Notes under the pieces: generated by a model
What the model was told of the DNA's origin: nothing
What the model saw: only the letters and a program-made list of their open reading frames with translations
The model's database searches: none
Virus record (IMG/VR): IMGVR_UViG_3300047445_000186
Location: 62,001 to 126,000 of that record
Reading direction: 5' to 3' (one strand)
Length of the DNA stretch: 64,000 nucleotides
Program-made: the position numbers and the translations under genes
Shown here: piece after piece, positions 1 to 8,995 of the stretch
How the letters are laid out: each line of letters begins with the position of its first letter
Position numbering within the stretch: the first letter of the stretch is position 1

Positions 1-2
1 GA

Positions 3-209
3 GAGGCGCTCGTACTGAAGCTCGAGAGTTCTGAGCTCCATCACCGCCATCGGGAGTTCATCTCCTATGGCGGGACGCACGACTTTGACGAGTACCGTCC
101 GCACATGACCCTCTGCACGAGAGTCCTGTCGATCGACGAGACGAAGCTCAGTCCGATTACGTTCAGCCTGACGTTCCACAAGGAATACAACGAACCGCTT
201 GACCTGTAA
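3..209 (+). CDS. acb1: Acb1/T4 gp57B-like 2H phosphoesterase, C-terminal part (5' truncated by window)
   Basis: Frame 3 reads EALVLKLESSELHHRHREFISYGGTHDFDEYRPHMTLCTR...HKEYNEPLDL*. The second HxT motif (PHMT) in an HDFDEYxPHxT context and the EYxExLxL tail resemble T4 gp57B/Acb1 as recalled. Not in the ORF track because there is no start codon in the window. Confidence 0.7.
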   Translation, partial: EALVLKLESSELHHRHREFISYGGTHDFDEYRPHMTLCTRVLSIDETKLSPITFSLTFHKEYNEPLDL

Positions 210-243
210 TGTGTTATGATGCTCATCCACAACGGAGAAAACC

Positions 244-402
244 ATGGATGAGTACATCGTGAATTTCAGTATCAAGGTCGACGACAAGGCGACTGCCGAA
301 GAACTGCAGAATCTCGTGAAGCAATTCATCTCTGAGAAAGCGCAGTTCGAACTCGGCCTCGAACTCGATGATCACATGAGTACGTCGATAGTGCGAGTTT
401 AG
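244..402 (+). CDS. small hypothetical protein (52 aa)
   Basis: GGAG SD upstream; MDEYIVNFSIKVDDKAT...STSIVRV, ends TAG. Confidence 0.55.
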   Translation: MDEYIVNFSIKVDDKATAEELQNLVKQFISEKAQFELGLELDDHMSTSIVRV

Positions 403-424
403 AGGCATTAGGTGACAGATAGCG
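401..424 (+). repeat. dispersed 24-bp intergenic motif, copy 1
   Basis: AGAGGCATTAGGTGACAGATAGCG; near-identical copies at 20601-20623 (+) and 50335-50358 (-). Confidence 0.9.
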
Positions 425-447
425 GAGGACCTTAGGGTCCTCTTTTC
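424..447 (+). terminator. rho-independent terminator
   Basis: GGAGGAC-CTTAGG-GTCCTC followed by TTTT. Confidence 0.7.
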
Positions 448-469
448 GTTTCCGGAGCCAGCGCAGCCC

Positions 470-475
470 TAAATA
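470..475 (+). promoter_or_regulatory. T4-like late promoter TAAATA
   Basis: TAAATA 25 nt before the start codon at 500; the same hexamer precedes many other genes (see findings). Confidence 0.6.
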
Positions 476-499
476 TCAGGTTCACACAAGGAGAAAGAT

Positions 500-877
500 A
501 TGGACAAGCTGGCAACTGTAATCGAAGTCTTTGGCTTCAACATCAGCCTGATGAACGCGACGATCTTCATCGTCCTGATCGGCATGCTGATGCTCTTCCG
601 TCGTATTCAAGCATCTGAGAAGCTCGACTTCGCGGACATGATCACCAAGGACGGGCGTGCTGTTTCCCTGACGAAGGTTCTGCAGCTCATTGGTGGTATC
701 ACCGCCACATGGGTGATCGTGAAGCTCACACTTGCAGGTGGTCTGAACGAGGGCCTGTTCGGCGTGTACCTCGCGTACGTAGGCGCGATCGAAGGTTATA
801 GCAAGTTCGTAGCTGCAAAGTACGGCTACACCGAGAAGTCGATCAAGGACGCTGATCAAGCGGCCAAGACAGAGTAA
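500..877 (+). CDS. small membrane protein, possible holin
   Basis: AGGAG SD; about three hydrophobic segments and a charged C-terminus; late-type promoter. Confidence 0.7.
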   Translation: MDKLATVIEVFGFNISLMNATIFIVLIGMLMLFRRIQASEKLDFADMITKDGRAVSLTKVLQLIGGITATWVIVKLTLAGGLNEGLFGVYLAYVGAIEGYSKFVAAKYGYTEKSIKDADQAAKTE

Positions 878-924
878 TCTCTGTACACGCGGCCAGTGCA
901 ATGCTGGCCGCGTTCTGTTACAAG

Positions 925-980
925 TCCGGCGATCGTTACAGATTCGTTTACACGAACCTCGGGATCGATATAGAATTCAC
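925..980 (+). promoter_or_regulatory. sigma70-like early/middle promoter with upstream CGTTACA box
   Basis: CGTTACA...TTTACA-N18-TAGAAT-TCAC; architecture repeated at 14.7, 20.6, 25.4 and 61.4 kb. Confidence 0.65.
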
Positions 981-1009
981 CTATCGACAAACAAACGTAG
1001 GAGCTGAAT

Positions 1010-1699
1010 ATGACCGGATTGTTCGCCAAGGCAAAGACCCTCACCAAGCCTGTTACCGCTGCCAAGAAGCAAGAGCGCCAAGAGATTCCGGTCGCGCAGC
1101 TCCAACAGCTTTGCGAAATCAAGGCGCTCATGCAGACCCTCGAGGGTGTGTACAAGTCGCTCGAAGGCGAAGTCAAGGAAGCCGGTTTCGCCGAGTTCCT
1201 CACGATGACCCAGAACACTGGTGTTCGCCCTGACTCCTTCCGCGGCATCGATGGTATGGCTTCTGCCTCCGTCGAAATGCGCAAGCGCGGTACGAACTCG
1301 GCCCTGAACGAAGACGAGTGCAAGCTCCTCCGCGAGCACAACATCGAGCCGTTCGAACAAGAAGTCCAGAAGCAACTGTTCGCGATCAACCCCGCGTACG
1401 CCGAGCAGGAAAACCTGATGGCGAAGGTCGAAGCCGCGCTGTCCAAGGTGAAGGACCTGCCGGAAGACTTCATCGTCCAACAAGCCGGCGTGACGAAGTT
1501 CGTCGTGACCGACGAGATGATGGACAAGGCGTTCAAGAACGGCGACGGCGAAGTCCTCCGGATCGTGAGCACGATGGCCCTGAAGCCGAAGCTGAACGAA
1601 GAATACCCGATGGCCGAGCTGTTCGACAACGTGAAGAAGATCGTCCAGCCCGAAGTGAAGGCCAAGAAGGCGGTCCTCCCCGGCAAGAAGGCAGCCTAA
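1010..1699 (+). CDS. hypothetical early protein (229 aa)
   Basis: AGGAG SD, strong phage codon bias, directly behind promoter. Confidence 0.85.
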   Translation: MTGLFAKAKTLTKPVTAAKKQERQEIPVAQLQQLCEIKALMQTLEGVYKSLEGEVKEAGFAEFLTMTQNTGVRPDSFRGIDGMASASVEMRKRGTNSALNEDECKLLREHNIEPFEQEVQKQLFAINPAYAEQENLMAKVEAALSKVKDLPEDFIVQQAGVTKFVVTDEMMDKAFKNGDGEVLRIVSTMALKPKLNEEYPMAELFDNVKKIVQPEVKAKKAVLPGKKAA

Positions 1700-1722
1700 G
1701 TCGAGAGATCAAGGAGATCATC

Positions 1723-1923
1723 ATGATGTACCTTGTCTCTCGCACTCCGCGCCACGAGCTCCGCCTCTCGAAGTCCATCCGCGTGACGGTCGTGCACGCA
1801 GCTTCGAAGGCCGAGGCTCTCCGCACGGCAGCCCAGAACGACCCCGCGTTCTCCGATGAGAACGACAGCTTCAACGCGGCGAAAGCCGAGCCCCTGAAGT
1901 CCTCCACCACGTACACGTTCTGA
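1723..1923 (+). CDS. hypothetical protein (66 aa)
   Basis: AAGGAG SD before ATG 1723; 3' part of track ORF 1318..1923. Confidence 0.7.
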   Translation: MMYLVSRTPRHELRLSKSIRVTVVHAASKAEALRTAAQNDPAFSDENDSFNAAKAEPLKSSTTYTF

Positions 1924-1925
1924 TC

Positions 1926-2570
1926 ATGCTCGCTCCACTCGCCACTGGTCTCCGGTACGAAAGCTACTCGTATCTCTGGGCTCCCCGCCCCGAAGTCAAG
2001 ATCGCAAAGTCCCAACTCGCGTTCTACGAGAACAAAGGCTGGTGGGCCCAGAAAAAGAAGAACGGCACTTGCACGCTGATCTTCGCGAAGAAGAACGAGA
2101 TCATCTTCAAGACGCGCCACAAGGACATCGAGGACGGCAATCACCGGATGTGGCGCCCCGAGGGAGATCACAACGCGTTCTTCGCAGGTCGCGCGAAGTG
2201 GAACGTGTTCGTCGCCGAACTCCTGCACTCGAAGGTCACTGGCGGCCCGAAGAACGAGCTGTACATCTTCGATCAGATCGTCCAAGACGGTGTCCAACTC
2301 GTGGGTACCACGTTCGCCGAGCGGCAGCACATTCTGCACGAGCAGTTCAGCGGCACGGACGAAGGCGATCAAGTTCGGATCGCTCCGCGAATCACGCTCG
2401 CGAAGTGCTTCGACGAAGGTTTCATCGAGACTTTCGATCACCTGAAGAAGGAAGACGAAGGTCTCGTTCTCAAGAATCCCGACGCCCCGCTCCTCGCCTG
2501 CATCAAGGCCGGCTCGAACAACGCGTGGCAAGTGAAGTGCCGCATTGGCCACAAGAATTACTCGTTCTAA
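1926..2570 (+). CDS. ATP-dependent ligase-like nucleotidyltransferase (adenylation domain only)
   Basis: Motif I KKNG, motif III YIFD, motif IV EGLVLK, motif V WQVK; no room for an OB domain. Confidence 0.7.
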   Translation: MLAPLATGLRYESYSYLWAPRPEVKIAKSQLAFYENKGWWAQKKKNGTCTLIFAKKNEIIFKTRHKDIEDGNHRMWRPEGDHNAFFAGRAKWNVFVAELLHSKVTGGPKNELYIFDQIVQDGVQLVGTTFAERQHILHEQFSGTDEGDQVRIAPRITLAKCFDEGFIETFDHLKKEDEGLVLKNPDAPLLACIKAGSNNAWQVKCRIGHKNYSF

Positions 2571-2574
2571 AATC

Positions 2575-2886
2575 ATGACCGTTCTCTCTTTCCAATCCAT
2601 GGTCGCTATCCCCTTTCGAGGCGCGAAGAAAGCGGATGTTATCGCGGCGTTCGAGAAAGCCGGCATTCCACTGTACGAAATCGCCGAGCCGAAGGAAGAC
2701 ATGATCATCCTGAAGAAGTTCGTCTTTGATGACTGGCCCGAAGGGCAGATCGAGTTCGTGTTCAAGAAGCTCGGCGTCTGGGACTTCAGCTTCACGGCCT
2801 GGCGGCTTTGGGCATGGGAAGAAAAGTTCGGTGCCGTCGTCGGGGACAGAGAAATCCCCGGTGAAAAGCTCGAATGGACCCTCTGA
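2575..2886 (+). CDS. hypothetical protein
   Basis: ATG 5 nt after the upstream stop; typical codon usage. Confidence 0.7.
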   Translation: MTVLSFQSMVAIPFRGAKKADVIAAFEKAGIPLYEIAEPKEDMIILKKFVFDDWPEGQIEFVFKKLGVWDFSFTAWRLWAWEEKFGAVVGDREIPGEKLEWTL

Positions 2887-2920
2887 GAACACCCCGGTTG
2901 CACCACTTCAGAAAGCTGAT

Positions 2921-3208
2921 ATGTCCTACACCTTCGTCTGTTTCGTGTCCCTGATGTACCTGATGTTGCTCGCAGGCAATCACCTCCTACTGCGGAACAT
3001 CTTCCTGCGGAATGCGCTGATCCTGCCGCTCGTGCTCCTTCGAATTCTGTTCCACGGAGCGTCGTACGTGCTCGATCTGATCTCGGGCTGGGTCTTGAAC
3101 ATCGGCGATTTCCTGCCAGGTTTCTCGCGCTCGTATCAAGATCTCGAGAACGTCGCGACTTCGAAGCGGAACCATCGCCTCACGCAAAAAGACTGGGAAA
3201 GCCTGTGA
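2921..3208 (+). CDS. hydrophobic membrane protein
   Basis: MSYTFVCFVSLMYLMLLAG...; long hydrophobic stretches; stop overlaps the next start. Confidence 0.6.
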   Translation: MSYTFVCFVSLMYLMLLAGNHLLLRNIFLRNALILPLVLLRILFHGASYVLDLISGWVLNIGDFLPGFSRSYQDLENVATSKRNHRLTQKDWESL

Positions 3209-3396
3209 TGGACGACAATGATCCGGAACTCTTGACCGAAGAAGCTCGTCAAGACATGCTCGCCTCGATGCGCAAGCGCCTCGTCCATGAACGCTCGACC
3301 GCTCTCGACATCGTGCTGTTCATGGACGTAGCCGAGCGACTCACGCCCATAAAGCTGGTCGACGCATTCAACACTTTCTGGAACGCGAGAATCTGA
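3205..3396 (+). CDS. hypothetical protein
   Basis: GTGA overlap coupling with the upstream gene; TGATG coupling with the downstream gene. Confidence 0.65.
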   Translation: MMDDNDPELLTEEARQDMLASMRKRLVHERSTALDIVLFMDVAERLTPIKLVDAFNTFWNARI

Positions 3397-3659
3397 TGGA
3401 ACACCTCGTAAGCTGGAGCGGCCTTGGCCTTACTCTGCTGTTCGTGCTTTGCACGATCGTGCTGGTCGCTCTCTGGTACTGGCCTCGAAATTCTGATGGC
3501 ACGATGATGAGCGCCGAGGAACTCGACGAGCTCTTGTCGAAGATGCCGTCGTCTGGAGCGACCTCAGACAAGATGATGTACGCGCTGATTGTGATCGCGC
3601 TTCTCGCAATCGCGCTCACGAGACACAGTGAGAAGAACACTCTCGATATAGACCGGTGA
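3396..3659 (+). CDS. small two-TM membrane protein
   Basis: Two hydrophobic helices; TGATG coupling. Confidence 0.7.
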   Translation: MEHLVSWSGLGLTLLFVLCTIVLVALWYWPRNSDGTMMSAEELDELLSKMPSSGATSDKMMYALIVIALLAIALTRHSEKNTLDIDR

Positions 3660-3781
3660 TCCCGAACCTGATCCCGAATTGTACCGAGACGAAACCGTGA
3701 TGTACTCCCGAACCCAGACGAATAGAATAACCGAACCATGAACACATGTGCGCCCGGTTCTGGGAACGGTAAAATGGTTGA

Positions 3782-4270
3782 ATGTTTGAACTCACCATCA
3801 ATCCAAATCGCATCGAACTCGATGAAGCGTACATGTCCATGGCCGAGATCTGGGCCAAGCGATCGAAAGCAAATCGACTCCAAGTCGGTGCGCTGATCGT
3901 GAAGGATCGCCAGATCATCTCGGACGGCTACAATGGTATGCCGTCAGATTCAAAGGATGATGTATGCGAGATCTACGACAGGGACGGGAACCTAAGAACC
4001 AAAATGGAGGTGCTGCACGCGGAGTCGAACGCACTTCTCAAGATCGCGGAAAATGGTGGAGTTGGAGCGCAAGGTGGAACCTTGTACACCACGTACTCTC
4101 CTTGTCTGGAGTGCGCAAAGCTGATCAAGCAATCGAAGATCCGTCGGGTCGTGTACAGGAACTCATATCGTGTGCAAGACGGCATTCAACTGTTGCGCAA
4201 TTGGGGCGTCGAAGTTTCGCATCTCGCATCCGCGGAATCCGATGCGACATGCGCCGGGCACGGAAGCTGA
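3782..4270 (+). CDS. dCMP deaminase
   Basis: QVGALIVKD, GYNG, HAESNAL, PCLECAK zinc-binding deaminase motifs. Confidence 0.92.
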   Translation: MFELTINPNRIELDEAYMSMAEIWAKRSKANRLQVGALIVKDRQIISDGYNGMPSDSKDDVCEIYDRDGNLRTKMEVLHAESNALLKIAENGGVGAQGGTLYTTYSPCLECAKLIKQSKIRRVVYRNSYRVQDGIQLLRNWGVEVSHLASAESDATCAGHGS

Positions 4271-4430
4271 TGCACCTGCATTCGAAGCACGTTGATCCGA
4301 AGATCAATCCCGTCGACTTCATCGAGAGCGACATGGGAACTCTCCAGTAACTCTCGATCGGCCAAGTGTAACGCTTGCGAAACTCGCGCGCGGTTGGTGT
4401 ACAATTCACCATCATCACTTGGAGATCACC

Positions 4431-4787
4431 ATGTTCAAGCAACGCACTGCTACCGTGAACCGCCAGACCTTCAACCCCAAGAGCACCGCGCACGTGAAGT
4501 CGCTCGAGATCTTCCTGCGGACCGGCACCTGGGGCGATGTCTCGTTCTTCATCGAAGCGCCATTCACGGATGTCCCGACCACGGTGCTCACGAAGTTCGC
4601 GCTCTCGAAGCTGAACGTGACTCCCGAGACCGCGGCCGAGCGCATGGCCCGGTACGCCGCGAAGAACGTGCTCGTGATCGACGACATGGACGACCCGGTC
4701 GTGAACACCCCGGAACTCGTTGCGCAGGCCCTGCCGACCGTGCTCAAGAAGTACGAAGGGCTGGAGCTCGAACCCCTCCCTGCATGA
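4431..4787 (+). CDS. hypothetical early protein
   Basis: TACAATTCAC promoter at 4400, GGAG SD. Confidence 0.8.
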   Translation: MFKQRTATVNRQTFNPKSTAHVKSLEIFLRTGTWGDVSFFIEAPFTDVPTTVLTKFALSKLNVTPETAAERMARYAAKNVLVIDDMDDPVVNTPELVAQALPTVLKKYEGLELEPLPA

Positions 4788-5341
4788 CAGACGAACTGTT
4801 CACTGAACTGAACGACCGCACCTTGCGGTTCGACGGAATCTCGGTGCTCGACCCTGAAATGGTCGAGCACTTTTTGCTGCGTGGCATGAAGCCAAATCAA
4901 ATGCGTGTTCTCGAGCTCACACCAGAGCTCGAGACGTTCAACGAGAACGTTCCACCTGATGAACGGCTCTCGACAGAAATCTTCGAGGAACCTCAGTTCG
5001 AGGTTTCTTGGGAGTTGCCACCGAAGTACCTGGAGCTCGATGTCGAGCAGCACGTGCTGGCGGTGTTCGGTGAGCGTCTGCCTGAACTGGCGTATGACGC
5101 TACACAAACAGAGACGGCGATCACTCGTGTCGCCAGAGAGCTTGAGGAGTATGAGAGGCGAGGATTGACTGACCTGCTCAGGACAATCATTTACACGCTC
5201 GACAGATTCAAAGAGACAAACCAAGTGTTCGGTGTCGGGCGAGGCTCATCATGCGCTTCATTCGTGCTATTTTTGTTAGGACTGCACGTCGTAGATTCCA
5301 TCAAATACGACGTTCCACTGGAGGAATTTTTTCATGACTGA
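4784..5341 (+). CDS. DNA polymerase III alpha (DnaE)-like fragment, N-proximal palm region
   Basis: GVGRGSSCASFVLFLLGLHVVDSIKYDVPLEEFF matches the DnaE GxGRGSAAGSLVxYxLGITxVDP...FERF motif. Confidence 0.8.
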   Translation: MTDELFTELNDRTLRFDGISVLDPEMVEHFLLRGMKPNQMRVLELTPELETFNENVPPDERLSTEIFEEPQFEVSWELPPKYLELDVEQHVLAVFGERLPELAYDATQTETAITRVARELEEYERRGLTDLLRTIIYTLDRFKETNQVFGVGRGSSCASFVLFLLGLHVVDSIKYDVPLEEFFHD

Positions 5342-5615
5342 TCCAACTACCATCATCGAGTTCTATTGGTCGGCCGAGCCGAAGAACGGAAAGATGGCCT
5401 GGTGCGTGAACTGGAAGATGATGACCGAGAAGGGCGAAACGCTCTGCCACGGCGTCGGACACAAGAGTGAACGCGATGCTGCAATGAGTGTTCAGCGAAT
5501 CGCTGATGCGCTCACGCACAATCACCACCATCTGACCACGCATCATCTGGGGCCGAAGCCAACATCCCCACTTGCTGATTACCATGAAGACACAATCATG
5601 GGTATTCCAGTCTAG
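5334..5615 (+). CDS. hypothetical protein
   Basis: ATGA overlap with the upstream gene; ends TAG. Confidence 0.7.
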   Translation: MTDPTTIIEFYWSAEPKNGKMAWCVNWKMMTEKGETLCHGVGHKSERDAAMSVQRIADALTHNHHHLTTHHLGPKPTSPLADYHEDTIMGIPV

Positions 5616-5632
5616 CCAAGACCTGGAAACAG

Positions 5633-5661
5633 AAAAGGGACCTTACGGTCCCTTTATTTTT
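5633..5661. terminator. bidirectional terminator between convergent genes
   Basis: AAAAGGGAC-CTTACG-GTCCCTTT-ATTTTT. Confidence 0.75.
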
Positions 5662-5678
5662 GCTCAGATCCCGGAGGA

Positions 5679-5876
5679 TTAAGCAAGAGCTGCGGTAGCG
5701 ATGAACGCGGTGCCGTTGAACACCTTAATCATGTTCGCAGTCGTGTCAAACACAACAGTGCCTGGCTTAATTGCGTTCACTTCTTGCGTGCCAGTTGGGC
5801 CGAAAGCAGCGACGAGAGCGGTGATTTGAGTAGTCGTGTATGTGCGGAACGAGCCAGCAACGTTACGGAATGCCAT
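5679..5876 (-). CDS. small late protein (65 aa), possible virion decoration protein
   Basis: AGGAG SD and TAAATA on the minus strand; PGTVVFDTTANMIKVFNG resembles the G-x-x-x-FDTT-x-x-x-KxYNG motif of structural proteins. Confidence 0.7.
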   Translation of the reverse strand: MAFRNVAGSFRTYTTTQITALVAAFGPTGTQEVNAIKPGTVVFDTTANMIKVFNGTAFIATAALA

Positions 5877-6014
5877 GTGATTTTCTCCTAAGGGGGAAGG
5901 TAAGAGAAACTCCACACCATGCAGAGTTCCAGCAGCTATTTAGCCCGCTGGCCGGCCGGAGTAAATAAAGAACGCCATTATGGCGTGCCATACCCATCTA
6001 GGAGAAATTGCACC

Positions 6015-6245
6015 ATGTCGAACGCAATTCGCAGCGCCCGCGGCGTCTTTGTTGATTTTGAACTCTTGGCCATCAAGGCCCAACTCGCCGCAGTTCCGGT
6101 CCCAAAGCCAGTCTTGGATCGTCGCGTCGCTATCGAAGAACGCGAAGGGATCAAACCTCTCGCAACCCCTGCTGTCGATGAACTGCTTGCAGTTGCCGCT
6201 GCTGCAGCTGACGCATCCGCTCGCGTAGCTCCAAAGCGGAAGTAA
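6015..6245 (+). CDS. hypothetical late protein
   Basis: TAAATA at 5962, AGGAG SD, ATG 6015. Confidence 0.75.
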   Translation: MSNAIRSARGVFVDFELLAIKAQLAAVPVPKPVLDRRVAIEEREGIKPLATPAVDELLAVAAAAADASARVAPKRK

Positions 6246-6457
6246 TGTTCCATTCGACGAACAATCTGTTCTTCGGGAAGAAGGACGGGAACGTCCGGAT
6301 CCTGAAGCTCAGGACCGCTCCATCAGACTTTCCGAAGTTCGACACGAGTTTCCCTGCGCATGACGTGCTGTTAGACGTTACAATTGATGCTGGTACCTGG
6401 AGTTCGATCGTGTCATTGCAAGACGAGCGCCAGATCGATTATTTCTTTGTGGACTAA
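6245..6457 (+). CDS. hypothetical protein
   Basis: TAATG coupling. Confidence 0.7.
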   Translation: MFHSTNNLFFGKKDGNVRILKLRTAPSDFPKFDTSFPAHDVLLDVTIDAGTWSSIVSLQDERQIDYFFVD

Positions 6458-6458
6458 C

Positions 6459-6779
6459 ATGAGCACTCTTCGCCCTCTCGGGAACACCATCCTTTTCACT
6501 TTCCTCGACGCAACCAGCGGTTCAGCTGGTAAGTTCACCGAACGCACTCGCGGCGGCCTGATCATCCCTCAACTGCAAAGCACCCAGAAGGGCGAGCGCT
6601 GGGGCAAGGTCACGCACATCGGTCCTGATGTCGAAGGCATTGCAGTCGGTGAATTCATCCTGATCGAGCCGATGATGTGGACGACCCACGAAGTCTTCGA
6701 AGGCGAGAAGGTCTGGAAGACGAACGACACGAAGGTCATGGCCGTCACCGATGACGAGTCACTGACAGTCACTTGGTAA
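6459..6779 (+). CDS. groES: GroES-like co-chaperonin
   Basis: LRPLGNTILF, TRGGLIIP, GKVTHIGPDV...VGEFIL match the Cpn10 fold signature. Confidence 0.8.
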   Translation: MSTLRPLGNTILFTFLDATSGSAGKFTERTRGGLIIPQLQSTQKGERWGKVTHIGPDVEGIAVGEFILIEPMMWTTHEVFEGEKVWKTNDTKVMAVTDDESLTVTW

Positions 6780-6801
6780 TGAGACCAATCAAGGAAGTCT
6801 G

Positions 6802-7986
6802 ATGCTGTTCGTCCTAATCACGTTCCTTGCTGCATTCCTGATCGAGGGTCTTGGGACCCTTGTGTCGGTTATCGGCCTGAGCACGTTGTTCGGCGCGAAT
6901 CCAATTATCATCGCGCTCGCGATCTCCCTCGACGTCGGCAAGCTCGTCGTTGTCTCGATGCTGTACAAGTACGGCAAAGAGATGGGGAAGGTCATGAAGA
7001 CGTACGCGTTCATCGCTGCAACGATCACAATGATCATCACCTCGGCTGGAGCCGCTGGTTATCTCTCTGGTGAATTCCAGAAGGCGATCATGGGTACTCA
7101 AGAGGGGAGCCTGAAAGTCTCTGTGCTGAAGGATCAGCAGAAGAAGTACGAAGATCGAAAGCGCCAGATCGATGATCAGATTGCTGCGTTGCCTGAGAAG
7201 ACGACGGTGAATCAGCGATTGAAGCTCATGAACGGCTTCAAGGCCGAGCAAGCTGAACTGCAGAACAAAATCTCTGATATTGACAAGCAGCTGCCTGAAC
7301 TCCAGATCCATCAGATCGGTGTTGAAGCGAAGGCTGGTCCAATTCTTTACATCGCGAAAGCGTTCGACATTCCCGTGGAGTCTGCAGTGAAGTACGTGAT
7401 TTTGATGATCATCTTTGTGTTCGACCCGTTGGCGGTCTATCTGATTCTGGCAGGGAACTTCTTGCTCGATCGGATGCGACGTCTGAAGGAGAAGGCTGGG
7501 ATCGTTCAAGAAGAACCGAAGGAAGCTGAAGACCCACGTCAGTTCCCAGCGAACTACGGCTTCGTTGCTCAAGAGGTCGCTGACGTCTTGCCTGAAGCGG
7601 TCACGAAGGAATACGACGCACAGCAAGCGCTCAGAGTCGTCGATCTGGCTGACTTCGAGCCGATCAATCAGGAACATAACCTGGCTGATGCGCTTCGCGA
7701 ATACGAACCACCGGTGGAGCCAGTCGTCGTTCAGGAGAAAGTACCTGAGCCAGCTCCACCGGTTCCTCAGCCAGTCGTGATTGAAGAGCCCATCATCGAG
7801 GCGGAGCCAGTGCAACCGGCGACACCTGATGAAGCCGAGCGTACGCTCGAGAAGCGAGAAGAGATCACGCTCGACGATCTGATTCCTGCTCGTTCTTCCT
7901 TGAACGACATCAATCTGAACGAACCCGGTTCGAACGTGGTATTCGATTCGACACCACAAGCGGTCACGAGTCGACACTACATCTGA
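6802..7986 (+). CDS. membrane protein with coiled coil and Pro/Glu-rich tail
   Basis: Three N-terminal TM helices, a coiled coil, a fourth TM (IIFVFDPLAV) and an acidic low-complexity C-terminus. Confidence 0.85.
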   Translation: MLFVLITFLAAFLIEGLGTLVSVIGLSTLFGANPIIIALAISLDVGKLVVVSMLYKYGKEMGKVMKTYAFIAATITMIITSAGAAGYLSGEFQKAIMGTQEGSLKVSVLKDQQKKYEDRKRQIDDQIAALPEKTTVNQRLKLMNGFKAEQAELQNKISDIDKQLPELQIHQIGVEAKAGPILYIAKAFDIPVESAVKYVILMIIFVFDPLAVYLILAGNFLLDRMRRLKEKAGIVQEEPKEAEDPRQFPANYGFVAQEVADVLPEAVTKEYDAQQALRVVDLADFEPINQEHNLADALREYEPPVEPVVVQEKVPEPAPPVPQPVVIEEPIIEAEPVQPATPDEAERTLEKREEITLDDLIPARSSLNDINLNEPGSNVVFDSTPQAVTSRHYI

Positions 7987-8005
7987 TCCTGACCCGCTCA
8001 GAAAC

Positions 8006-8029
8006 AAAGGAGGCTTCGGCCTCCTTTTT
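8006..8029 (+). terminator. rho-independent terminator
   Basis: GGAGGC-TTCG-GCCTCC-TTTTT. Confidence 0.8.
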
Positions 8030-8080
8030 CGTTCCCAGTTCCAGGACGCGCTCAAGAGCCCCTCCGTTTACAATACACTT

Positions 8081-8995
8081 ATGGCATTGAACAAACTCTG
8101 GGTGGAAGCTTACCGCCCCAAAACTGTCTCCGACGTCGTGTTCGCGAATCCCGAGGAACGCACGTTCTTCGATAACGTTGTGAAATCGAAGTCACTTCCG
8201 AATCTGCTCTTGGTTGGCGCTCCTGGCACTGGCAAGACCTCATTGAGTGGTGCGCTCTTGAATGACCTTGGCGTTCTGCCTGAGGACGTTCTTCGCGTGA
8301 ACTGCTCGGACGAGAAGATCGACGCGATGCGCGACAAGGTGAAGACCTTTGCGTACACGATGGCTATGGGCGACTTCAAGGTCGTGCAGCTCGAGGAAAT
8401 GGACAATCTGTCGAACGACGCGCAGAAGCTCCTTCGTTCCCTGCTCGAAGAAGTCTCTGGATCGTGTCGCTTCATCGGCACCGGGAACTACCAGAACCGG
8501 ATCATTCCAGCGATGCAGGATCGATTCCAAGTGTTCAACTTCAGCAAGCCAGATCGTGATGACATCGCGCTCCGAGCTGCATGGGTTCTCGAGGTCGAGA
8601 AGATCGAGTTCGAAGCCGAGGATCTGTTGAAGGTCGTCGAAGCTGGGTACCCGAGCGTTCGTCGAGTTCTCAGCCTGCTCGAGAAATCCTCGAAGACCGG
8701 GAAGCTCGTCGTGATCGGCGAAGGCGCGGTCGCAGACTGGAAGCTCCAACTGCTGCCACTACTCGAAGCGTCGGACCTGAAGGGTGCTCGCACTCTTGTC
8801 TGCGCCTCGGCCTCGAAGGACGAACTGCAAGACGTCTATCGGTACTTGTACGACAATCTGCATCGCTCGAAGAAGCTGAACACGGTTGCTGATGAAGCAG
8901 TCGTTCTGATCGCAGACTATCAGCGGTACCACGAAGCCGTGGACGACAAGGAGATCCACATCGCGGCTCTGTTCATCGAGCTCGGAGCCCTGTGA
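8081..8995 (+). CDS. sliding clamp loader AAA+ subunit (T4 gp44/RFC-like)
   Basis: LWVEAYRP RFC box II, GAPGTGKT Walker A, LEEMDNL Walker B-like, RFIGTGNY sensor. Confidence 0.92.
   Translation: MALNKLWVEAYRPKTVSDVVFANPEERTFFDNVVKSKSLPNLLLVGAPGTGKTSLSGALLNDLGVLPEDVLRVNCSDEKIDAMRDKVKTFAYTMAMGDFKVVQLEEMDNLSNDAQKLLRSLLEEVSGSCRFIGTGNYQNRIIPAMQDRFQVFNFSKPDRDDIALRAAWVLEVEKIEFEAEDLLKVVEAGYPSVRRVLSLLEKSSKTGKLVVIGEGAVADWKLQLLPLLEASDLKGARTLVCASASKDELQDVYRYLYDNLHRSKKLNTVADEAVVLIADYQRYHEAVDDKEIHIAALFIELGAL

Noticed and set aside
3657-3745. TGATCCCGAA-type short repeats here and TGATCC(C) after many stop codons
   Set aside because: TGATC is the common stop context in this genome and the repeats are short; they cannot be separated from compositional bias without statistics.
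4270-4350. 26-codon ORF after dCMP deaminase
   Set aside because: Too short and without an SD or recognisable motif to support.
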